64,000 bases of DNA from Mytilus californianus (lineage: Eukaryota), in assembly GCF_021869535.1 (NCBI RefSeq), contig NW_026262712.1, positions 47,368,001 through 47,432,000 on the forward strand, in the 5' to 3' direction. The position numbers and the translations under genes are program-made. The notes under the pieces are model-generated. The model did no database searches, was not told where the DNA came from, and was given only the letters and a program-made list of their open reading frames with translations. Below are positions 52,886 through 64,000 of this stretch, piece by piece. Within the stretch, counting starts at the first letter, position 1, and every line of letters begins with the position of its first letter.

Positions 52886-54002
52886 ATAATTAAAAACCAA
52901 TTGTTCAGAGAACAATTGAAGGTCTTTCCACCCATACAGATCAATTTTGAAATAGAACTATGAAAATTCAGTTTGAAATATCATATCCAGCGTCAAATGA
53001 TAGCTTATTGTAAACTGATTCCAAAAATATATGGTTTCTATACATTTTTTTTATAAATAAAGGAGATAAATTGTTACTTCCAGTTTGAAATATGTCACTT
53101 TCGCTTTTATTTGATAGTTTACTTGATACTGATTCCAAAAATATATTGTTCAATACACTTTTAATCAAATAAGTACAAATGAAAGCTATTTCCGCTTTAC
53201 ACAAGGTCACTTCCGGTTGGCTTTCAATGTCATGTAAATTGCAACCTAATAAAAAAAGTCCCATGGCTTTATCGTGTTTAAATATGAAGTTAAAGCAAAG
53301 GTCAAAATCTAGAACATCAAATTAAACTTTGACCTTGAGCTCAATTTCACCTAGGTCTTTATTGTACTTGGTAAATGAGTTATACCACCATACATGTAAT
53401 TTTAAATATAAAAGGGAGAAAACTCTCTTTTACGGTCAACGTACCCTTTCAACCAAATTTCATGTGTTACGACATGTCCCAACTTACAATTAAGTAAAAA
53501 TATTTTGTCGATATCTTGTACGGTTTTGGGAAGTAAGTGAAAATAAGCCAAAATCAAAATTTAGAATGTGACCTTGACCTTTGACCTTGACCTAATTTTC
53601 ATTTTTTTGGACCAAGGACCTCAAATCAAAAGACCCTAGGTCTCTATCACTTATGGTTTACCAGTTAGAAATGCATATTACTTGTATCACATGCATAAGG
53701 GGAAATAAATCTCATATGGAGTGTTCATATCGCTTCGGTCAAAATAGGACAAATCATGCAAAGAATATGACGAGCAATTTTATAAAATAAATTTGTCGCT
53801 TTCTTCTGCCGTTACGGAGTAGATGTAGTCACAAGGAAAACAGTGTTTGGGGAGATAACTCTTACAAAGAAAATTGTTCGGCTTAGAATGGGTGAAAATA
53901 AAAAGCGCATAAACTGTATGATACTATATAAGAAATATCTTAGCGACATATTGCGAAACAAAAATGTTATGCGAGAATAAAATTTGGCGGAAGAAAATAA
54001 TA
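52886..54002 (+). mobile_element. Helentron-like element, 3'-truncated, head-to-tail with the next copy
   Basis: 5' CAATTGTTCAGAGAACAATTG-AAGGTCTTTCCAC at 52898-52931; internal GACCTTGACCTTTGACC; ends at AAATTTGGCGGAAGAAAATAA. Confidence 0.75.
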
Positions 54003-55381
54003 ATAATTAAAAACCAATTGTTCAGAGAACAATTGAAGGTCTTTCCACATCAATGTTCTAAATTATTGATGAGAAGCTACATCCAGTTTACTCAAAATTA
54101 CTATTGGCGTCCAAGCTTTGGTTTCTTCATACTGATTCAATTAATATGTGGTTTCTATATACTTTTGCCTGAAATAAGGGAGATAATTGCAAACTTCCGG
54201 TTTAGAAAATGTCACTTCCGGTCTCATATGACAGCTTTATTTATACTGATTCCAAAAATATATGGTTGATATATACTTTTGCATGTAAAAAGGGAGATAA
54301 TTAGCTACTTCCGGTTAAGAAAATGTCACTTCCGGTCTCATATGATAGCTTTATTCACACTGATTCCAAAAATATATAGTTTGTATATACTTATGCCTGT
54401 AATAAGGAAGATAATATGCTACTTCCGGTTTATAAAATGTTACTTCCGGTCTCAAAAGATAGGTTAACCTATGGTCATTCAAAAAATATATGGTTTCTAG
54501 GTACTTTTCCATGAAATAGGTGCAAAAAATACTACTTCCGGTTCACTCAAGGTCACTTCCGGTTAATGTTTTTCAAGGTCATATGTCAACCAACAGTTTG
54601 CAAAAGACCTTATGGCTTTATCATGTAACAAGTTGGAGTAATAATCAATTAACCTTAAATTGAATCATTTCAGGGACAATAACTCCTATAAGATGTCATC
54701 GGATTGTTTCAGACCAAATGTATCATATCTTAATCACAATTAGGCAAACATTTTGCACTTGTTCTTAATTTGTATCTTTAAAAGTGACAGAGGAGATCAA
54801 ATAACAAGGAAAAGTCAAAATTTAGAATATGACCTTGACCTTTGACCTTGGCCTCAATTTCATTTAAATGGACCAAGGAACTCAAATCAATATACCTTAG
54901 GTCTCTATCACTTACCATTCATGCTATACATTTATATATCCCTTATGTCAAATACAGAAGGGGAAATAACTCTCAAATGGAGTTTACGTACCGCCTCGGT
55001 CAAAATTGGACAAAACATCCTGAGGATATAACGAGCAATTTGGTAAAATAAATTTGTCGCTTTCTTTTACGGTTACGGAGGAGATGCAGTAACAAGGAAA
55101 ACAGTGTTCGGGAAGATAACTCCTACAAAGAAAATTGTTCGGCTTAGAATGGGTAAAAATAAAAAGCGCATAAACTGTATGATATTATATAAGAAATATC
55201 TAAGCGACATCTTGCGAAACAAAAATTTTACGTGAGAACAAAATTAGGCGGAAGAAAAAAAAAAAATAATAATAATAATAATAATCAGAACAAATACAAT
55301 AGGTCTTTCCACAGAAAAGTGGAAAGACCTAATAATCAGAACAGAAACAATAGGTCTTTCCACAGAAAAGTGGAAAGACCT
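54003..55381 (+). mobile_element. Helentron-like element, complete, with duplicated 3' hairpin
   Basis: Same 5' palindrome/subTIR; ~114-bp internal repeats; AGGTCTTTCCAC-AGAAAA-GTGGAAAGACCT at 55301-55330 and 55352-55381. Confidence 0.8.
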
Positions 55382-56094
55382 AATAAATGTTTGTAGAAAT
55401 GGCAAATTGAAAGAGCTTGACTCTTTGTGAAAGCCTTTTAGAGTATATAAATTCTAAGTCCTCTTTCAATAGTGTAAACTCATTTGAATTTTCTTATTTT
55501 AACACTAGTATTTCCCATTTTAAACTGAAAGACCGAAAGAATTACATGTATTCCGACTTTGTTTCATTGAATACATTGTAATTTTGGTAGATATCTGACT
55601 CTGGTGGGTAATGGTATCATTGACGATCATGTCACATCTAGTTATTCTATATTGTATATTCTAAATAAATATACTATACTTGAACATTGCTAAACTGTTG
55701 TTGCATCTACTTAGTTTTCTATTACTTGTAGTCTCTACTTAATGCATGCAAGATATTTATACAAGTGTGATAATAATGGCCAATCAGAAAGACAATTTTA
55801 GTATTCTAGAACTTACGATACGTTCATTTCAGCTATTTTGTAAATGGTATTCAGTTTTGATTAATTATTATTATTATTTAGAAATCATTACATATTTTAG
55901 AAGGAAATATAACTGAAAAATGTATATTTTATTACTATCATTCATTCAAAATAGTTCTATTTAGTACACAAGTTTTCAGTTGAATCTAATGTTGGAAAAA
56001 TTAAATGTCAAACTTCTAGTGAAAAAAAAACCAACTATATATTCTAGCTTGAGATGTAAAAGATACGTCTTTATTATCTATGTTTCAGAATTTC

Positions 56095-56490
56095 ACTGCA
56101 TCTATCTGTTGTGACAGGTTATTATCATGACATTTGTACACATCTAATACTAACAATGAACACTGCCTTTTCCTGGATCTTGATATCTATATCTTTAACG
56201 GGAAGCTTAATACCACAATTTACGATAAAAGAGATGATTTTTCATTTCCTATTGTTCATTATCCATTTTTAAATGGTGACGTTTTCTTGTCGCCATTTTA
56301 TGGTGATTAAATATCTCAACTTGTTCGATTCGCTCGTGTATGTAACAACGTATTTGATTTTAACGAAAGAAATCTTTGTATTACTGAAAAATAATTACAC
56401 TTACACCAAGGTTTTCGATATCACAAACTTGTCAAAACATTTACAAAATTTTGTCTTTGGTACAAGGACATCATCCGTAAATATAAATCA
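56095..56490 (+). mobile_element. Penelope-like RT C-terminal fragment
   Basis: FLDLDIYIFNGKLNTTIYDKRDDFSFPIVHYPFL..ISQLVRFARVCN..QGFRYHKLVKTFTKF, with stops. Confidence 0.7.
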
Positions 56491-57845
56491 ACGTGCAGGT
56501 AGATGGGGTGTCTAAATCAAAATCTATAGATGATTTTCATAATTTGTCAAAATGTAGTTTATATCATGCTTTTTTCAAAAATATAATAAAAAGTTGGGTC
56601 ACGGGGCTTTTTTTCACGCTACAGGTTGTGCTTAATTGTCAAATTTTGTATAGATTATGTATGGAAAACCCAATTTTGTGTGATAAAAAGAAAACTAAAT
56701 CATAGAATTTTAAGATAAAATATGAAAAGATAGCTCTAATAATATGCTTTCAGATAAGAAAAAGAAAAAATGGGGTCACCGGACTCGTTTTCTTGCTGCA
56801 TAATAAAATAGGTAAATTCACAACACATTCTATTATAAAAGTTACTTTATCTGAGTTATCTCCCCTTATATCTGAGTTATTATCTCCCTTTTTTGGCAAA
56901 GTTGAAAAAAAAAAAAAACGAATCAAGTAAAAATAGTTTGTTTTTTTGTAAAATATAGCCGTAAATATGGTAAAACCCATAATTTTCCATATTAGTATGA
57001 AAAGTCTTACACATGCATTACATACTACATTAGAAATTTGCACATTTAATTAAAAATCTAGACCGATTGTTATCTGCTATTTCAAAATCCAAGATGGAGG
57101 AAGACACCCTAGCCACCTTAAATTGAATTAAAAAGTAGTTTTCCTCTTTAAATGAAATGTTTGTAGTCATACGTTTTATTTTTCTGTTTTGCTTCCTTTC
57201 AGATAATAGGGAAGTATGAAAAATACTTTTAGTTTGCTTGTATTGCTATTTAAGACTCATCTAAAAAATGCATAAGATTGTTGTTCGTTGTAATGAGCAA
57301 AAGGAAAGAAAAATCGATGGGTTATGCATAATACACTGTTTTATTTTATTTCATCTAATAGAATAGTTTGAAATATAGAATCACATTTTGTTTCCGATAT
57401 GACTTATAATCGAGCACACCCTTATTAGTTAGGGTTGTTGTCTCAACATACTACAAATAAAGTACACAACGAGCGTAACCCATGAATTGATGCACTGTGA
57501 TGCGAAGCAATAAACACTATGTCATGTGAAACAACAAGACGATTTTACGTTTTGCGAATTCGTTGACTGAATATCATTCAGGAATAATAAATAATGCTAC
57601 AAAAGAATTAAACTAAGTGTTAAGAAATATAGCAGGTACATCTTGCAAATAGATACATTATAGAATTACATAAACAAGATAATAATCATAAAACAAAAGT
57701 GGTCTGATTTATCTGCACCCGTGGAAAAGAAAGTTACAAACTCGTTTTTAAGCCAGATCAGAAAGGATGCATATAATGATAATTTTCAATCAAGGTAATT
57801 TTATAAAGTTTCCACAAAAGAAAGGGAAAAAGTGATACCTTTTAA

Positions 57846-58830
57846 AATTAAAAACCAATTGTTCAGAGAACAATTGAAGGTCTTCCCACCAAAAAAAACA
57901 TGTATTTTGATATGAAAATTTCAAATCGAGTTTAAAATGTCATTTCCAGTGTCAGATGATAGCTAACTGTGCGCTGATTCCAAAAATATATGGTTTCTAT
58001 ACATTTTTGTTTGAAATAAGGGATATAATATGTTACTTCCGGTTTGAAAAATGTAACTTCCGGTATAAAATGACCGTTTACTTGACACTGATTCTAAAAA
58101 TATATGGCTCTATATAATTATACATTAAATAAGTACAAAAAATAGCTACTTACGGTTCACATAAGGTCACTTCTGGTTGGCTTTTTCAAGGTCATATGGC
58201 TTGCAACCTAATTCAAAAATTATCATGGCTCTATCATGTATAAATATAAAGTTAAAGTAAAGGTCAAAATCTAGAACGTCAAATTTACCTATGACCTCGA
58301 CCTAAATATGAAGGTCATAAAGTAAGGACCTCAAACCAAAGACCCTAGGTCTTTACTATATATGGTTAATGAGTTATATCATCATACAGCTAGTTTTAAA
58401 TATGAGAGGGGAGAAAACTTGTACCCGTTCAACCAAAATGTATGTGTTACGACATGTTGCATATAACAATTTAATAAAAAAATGTTGTCGACATATTATA
58501 AGGCTTCTGATAATAAGTAATAACAAGCCAAAATCAAAATTTAGAACATGACCTTGACCTTTGCCCTTGACATTATTTTTCTTTCAGTGGACCAAGGACC
58601 TCAAATCAAAACACCCTAGGTATCTATCATTTGTGGTTTACCAGTAACACATACATTTCACTTAATTCAAATACATAAGGGGAAATAACTCTCATATGGA
58701 GTCTTCGTAACGCTTCGGTCAAAATTAAACGTAACATTCTGAGGATATAACGAGCAATTTGGAAAATAAATTTGTAGCTATCTTTTATAGTTGCGAAAGA
58801 GTAGTCATAACAAGAAAAACAGTGTTTGAT
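57846..58830 (+). mobile_element. Helentron-like element, 3'-truncated
   Basis: Same 5' palindrome at about 57856-57876, ACTTCCGGT pair and GACCTTGACCTTTG.CC. Confidence 0.7.
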
Positions 58831-61800
58831 ACATTTTTATATTAGTTTGAATATGCCCAGACTATTTAGTATAATACTGATGTATACATGTAATGATCAA
58901 AATTACCATTTCAGATCAAAATGTGCTCACGCGTGTATATTCATAACTCGACTATATCAGGTTCAGTGGAATAAATCATATTTTACCGTACTGAAAACAT
59001 GTAGTTATAAGTGGATTCCATCAAATTCAAGAGAGATCTATCTAACTAATTGTATATCAAAAATATTTAAGACAACACCTAAATGAGAGTATGTAAACAG
59101 TTATGCAACATTTAAATGAAGATTTAAACTCACATTTTCGAATCAGTGAAATTACAGAAAAACAGAGATGTCTTTATTAACGACATTGATTCATTGATAT
59201 ATACATAAACTTGATAGAAATTTATTTATATATACATCCAGTATGCAATTGATTCAGTGTTGAATTTTTTTTTTAAAACAAAGTAGCAACAATCGGTATT
59301 GGGCAATAGCTTATTTAATGTTTTAAAAAACCAGTTCTTGAATATTGAGGCTACTTTTAAATAGAAAAATACTTTCTCCCCTTTCTTTGACATCTTTAGA
59401 GTTGTAAGGCAAGGAATTCATCAGCCAGCATTGCTATGAGCGACATAAATACAATTTTGAATGTAGTGTCCGGCCCTAGCAACAGTTACCTCCAATCTAT
59501 GGGCCATTTGCCATTTGCCATTTGCGAATAATCTTCTTTTATCATTGGCGAGTTAAGAAAGACCTCACAGTATTATAAATTAACTTTACAGATTTTGTGA
59601 AAACTAACAGCTCACTTTAAATATAAGGAAAAAAAACGTTGATAATACATTTATCATGTTTATATAAAACAAAGTCAGAAAAGTTGTGTTTTCAATGAAA
59701 TCTGCTAAGGTGACTTCATTATCAAATACTCCAATACAAGTATTTAATGATCTCTGAGTTTCATTAGTACAGCCAGTTTAGACAATTCAGATATTTCATG
59801 TATGCATTATTAGTTTTAATAACACAGTGCTACATTTTTGTAATATCGGAAATGGTCGAAATAATAAAAACATTGATAAATCTTTTTAAAGATAAAACTC
59901 TATTTAAAAAGGTTTATGATGAAGGTTAATCCAGGACAGCATTTTGAACGTATCAAAGTATTTCTTTCATTAATACCTCTGTTGACATACTGATAGTCAC
60001 CAAGTGCATCATCATTTTAGTAGTCACAGCTTCGGTACTGACATGATTTATGTCATGCAGATTCATTCGTAAATTCTCTTTTCATACATTTAGAAATTAT
60101 TAAGAAACTAAGTTGAAATTCCCTAAGGTTAAGTTGACCTAAGAAGGATAAGTTTTAATTCAAGTCCCTTCTTGAAATATAGCTCACGTTTTAAATAATG
60201 TATGCTTCATTGGCTTTCAAATATTTTGCTATTAGCAGTCCTGTGGAAGTTTAATCCAAAAGAGCACTGCGGAGATCTAAAGTGTTAATTCTATGTATTA
60301 GCACTTGGTCGATACCTTTTCTGGTGGACTGGCAGTCCCTAAGGGTATCAATTGCTGAATAGTCACCGCTTTGGTACTGGTATAATTTATATCTAACACG
60401 CTCTGAATTTCAGCGTTTATAAATATAGAAATTACTCAGAAACTAGACCTCAACTCCCTAAAGTTAAGTGACCATTGGTGGAATTTGCCTTTTATGTAAA
60501 ATGTTGGCTTTCAACGTTTCTGAACAGTTTAAACCATTAAAGAGCTTCAGACGCTTCTTTGTTTTTTTTTTCTTCATTTATTAGCAATGGATCGGCACCT
60601 CTGCTGGTAGACTGAGAGTTGCCGAAGTTTCATCAACACAGTAATCGTTGCTTCAACTCTTAACTGATTTGTGACATACCTTTTCTTAAATTCTCCGTTC
60701 ATTAATATAACGTAACCGTACCCAAATTGCACCGAGTACCCAAAATTGCACCCATTCCGAAAAAAAAAAGCAGCGGAAATGTTACAAGTTTTCTTAGAGA
60801 CTAAACAATTTGTATTTTTATGATTTGACATTATGCATGTTTTTCAACATAGCTAAACATGCTAAATATATTTAAATATACACAAAACGGTCACAGTATG
60901 TATCAATAGAAGAAGTTTTCAGTAAAAAAATAAAATCTACGGAAACGTCGCCATGCGACGTCCACAAGAAGTCAGCTTTTAAAAGTGAGCAATAAAAATA
61001 CGTTGCAGGCATCCATTTCTTAAAAAATGAACAGTAAGCATGGACTATTGTCAATTGTTCTAATTATTTTGAGAAATAGAACAAATTATTACTTATTTGA
61101 TTTTTACGGATGTGAATTTAAGCATGAATGCAATTTGGGTACGCCTCATTACGGAATCATGGGTCGTTTGGACGTCGGTTCAAACCCTTTTTTAATGATT
61201 CAAAAGGGATTCAAAATTAAATTGATGGAACTATATGGTAAATAATGATACATCTACAAAATAAACACAGAATGGAAAATTTTGTCTAGATCATAAATAA
61301 ACGTAGGTGACAAAATTGTCATAATAGGTGCACTTTGGGTAGAGTCACGTTATATAGTTTTGTAAAATTTGGCGGGCAAACAAATATTTCGCCTCAATTA
61401 ATGAGTGAACTAGGAAGAATGCCATTTGAAGCATTAAAAGTTTGCAGTTTTAATCTTGAAATGAATAGATTATGTACATTTAGTAATTATGTCGATGATA
61501 AATACTTCTTCCAAGCAAATTAATAATAACTTTGTAGAAAGATTTGTTTAAACATTTTCAATGTCGCTCTTTATTTCAAAATAACAACTACTGCGTTTAG
61601 ATTTTCGATTGACTTATAATTGTGTTACCGTTTGCATTGCAAATAAACAGGACTTGCACTGTAGTTTTGGACTTGGGAGACTACCTGGTACTAGTTTTGA
61701 TACTGTGGATTCATTATTCATGGGATACCAATTTTCGTGGACACAGATGAACCACGAATTTAAATGTCAACAAATAACGAATTTTCTGTAGGCTTGTTCA

Positions 61801-63617
61801 TAGACTGTGGAAAAAACCTCGAAATCAAATATCCACGAAAATGTTAGTATTCCTCAATCCACGAAAATTGGTATCCACGAAAATAAATGAATCCACAGTA
61901 GTTTATTACATGCATTGTAAAATTTTTGTTACAGATATTAATCAAGTCCCTTAGTTAAAGCCAAATTGCGATTAGTGAATGTACTGAATCAAACCCAATT
62001 CTATTTATACATCAACGACTCCAAACTATTGTGAGTACAGAATAGTAATAAAGAGACATTCGATGGCAACGTGCATGTTGTGAAACTGGAATCGACCAAA
62101 TTAAGGTAGTTGAAAAAGAACATGACTGACTGTTAGTTAACTGTGTCAAATTACAAGCTGAAAACTTGACCATACTACCAGATTAAAACAACTGCAAAAA
62201 GTAACAAAGAGACTATGAGATTTGGAATGTCCCGTTTGATATATTATCTGTGTTTAAGACAGACAGCTAGATACCATAAACATACTATGTATACACAGGT
62301 CAGAGTCTGAGCTTGATTTGCTATATGATATAAAAACTAAACTGACGAAAAAAGGTCATTTATTCAAAATCATAAAATGCAAAAAATACATTTTGCAAAT
62401 AAAACATTTGACATAAAAGTTCATATTTAATATGAAATAATAATACATAATAAATACGAAATTACATCAACTAATATCATATCAATTGAATAAATGACAA
62501 CAAATAGCAAAGGTGGGGAGAAAAATCTGCCCCACAAATAAACATATATACATATCTACTTCAAAAGATAACATTAAGGGAGGTAAGTGGGTGGGAATTT
62601 TTAACACATTGTTTGATAAGAATCACAAGTTAACACATCAAATGCTGATGATAAAAGGAAGTGACCACAACGCACTTACACGTGAACTCGTGCTGACCCT
62701 GCAAGATCATTGACCAGTAAGAAAGATGTAATCCAATCATGCACTGGTCATGAGTGAAATTTCTCTGCACGTGAAAACATGTTATCTAATTTCAACAATT
62801 TATCGTTTAATTAAGTAGGACATTCTGACCCTTTGACCAGACTAGAGACATCATAAATTTACAGTATAAATAGCTCACTCTTTATTTAAGTCTTAGTAAT
62901 AAACAATTAAAACATAATTATCTTCTCTGCTGTCTTAAATTATTTTATTCAGCTGAATTTTCAATTAGCAAATAAAATTGGTTATGTGTATTTTGCACAA
63001 CAACTTTATAGTACTTGAACTTATATAGAGTTAAAACAAACATTTTCATTAAAAAATACGTTAAAACATTCTTGCAGTGCACGACGGCAATTGTTTTAGA
63101 AGGAATAGACAGCGTTCACCCTATCCGGTACACATCTATCTTGTTTGTTAGTGTGAAATAGAAACGATACAATTTTCGTGTACATGTGAATGAACAGCAA
63201 CTATTTGAATTGATATCTAAAGACAGTGAAACGTTTTTCTTTTTACGTTTATTTAAACATTAAGATATATAAAGAATATTACAACAATTTATAAAAGCAA
63301 TTCAAGTTAATGAGATCACTGATATTTGCCTTTAATAAAAGGATATAAATATTAAACACACACACCCCCCCCCCCCCCCAAAAAAAAAAAAAAAACAAAA
63401 CACAAAAACGTTTTCTTTCTACATTTTTTAAGCATCAAAATATGTAAATTTTACAACATTATTTATGCTTTCCTGCTTCAATCCAAACAAACAACCAGAG
63501 ATTTATCATTCACTTGAATGAATCAGCGATTAGCTCATGTCTTTTACTTTCTATTGGTCCATAGGGGCAATGCATGAATGAAAAGAGAAACAAAAAGGTG
63601 AATCGCGAAATGTTTAC

Positions 63618-63793
63618 TTTTTCAGAGAAAAAATGTTTCTCATACAAAAATAAACAACAAGATAATAATGAATGCAAAATATTAAACGATAATAAAATAA
63701 TACAGACTACAATAGCTTGGCCAAGAAAGGGGTCAACTAATCCACCAGTAAGTGCAATAAAATAAATAATTCCTATTCCACAAAGGCCGAGCA
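63618..63793 (-). CDS. Candidate exon of a multi-pass membrane protein whose 5' part lies outside the window
   Basis: ttttctttttttgccaag|TG CTC...GAAAAA|gtaaac; VLGLCGIGIIYFIALTGGLVDPFLGQAIVVCIILLSFNILHSLLSCCLFLYEK gives two hydrophobic helices. AT-rich DNA can mimic this. Confidence 0.3.
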
Positions 63794-64000
63794 CTTGGCA
63801 AAAAAAGAAAATCGTTCGTCATAACTGATGTTTAAAAGCGATTTATGCTACCACAGAATGTACAGTTTGCCGTATTAGCTATATTAGTTCAAGCTCTATC
63901 TATGTTTATAACTAACAGTGAAAAACTGAATGTGATGAATAATATTTGAATAGCTATACATAGGGATACAATACCAGCCCACGCAAGTACAGTACTGCAA

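Overview
AT-rich eukaryotic (not prokaryotic) genomic DNA. The repeat families and TIR/LRR remnants suggest a bivalve mollusc, probably Mytilus-like (inference from recall, no search run). No rRNA, tRNA or CRISPR was seen. The main feature is not visible in the ORF track: a spliced minus-strand gene from about 26.9 kb down to 5.4 kb. Its exons all have GT-AG boundaries in phase 1 and join in frame. The predicted protein has two beta-rich/Cys-rich ectodomains, a stalk, a transmembrane helix, a cytoplasmic tail with five paralogous 93-nt cassette exons, and probably a terminal TIR domain. Its 3' introns appear to hold decayed TLR-like (LRR-TM-TIR) remnants and dead exon duplicates. Immediately upstream is a decayed antisense Ty3/gypsy element (PNMA-type gag, protease, RT, RNase H, integrase) with a -1 frameshift heptamer. 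The right half is mostly repeats: Helentron-like non-autonomous elements, a TTAA-flanked MITE, a ~0.8-kb tandem duplication, a ~923-bp tandem array and Penelope-like RT fragments. It also contains an LRR remnant and one candidate membrane-protein exon near the end.
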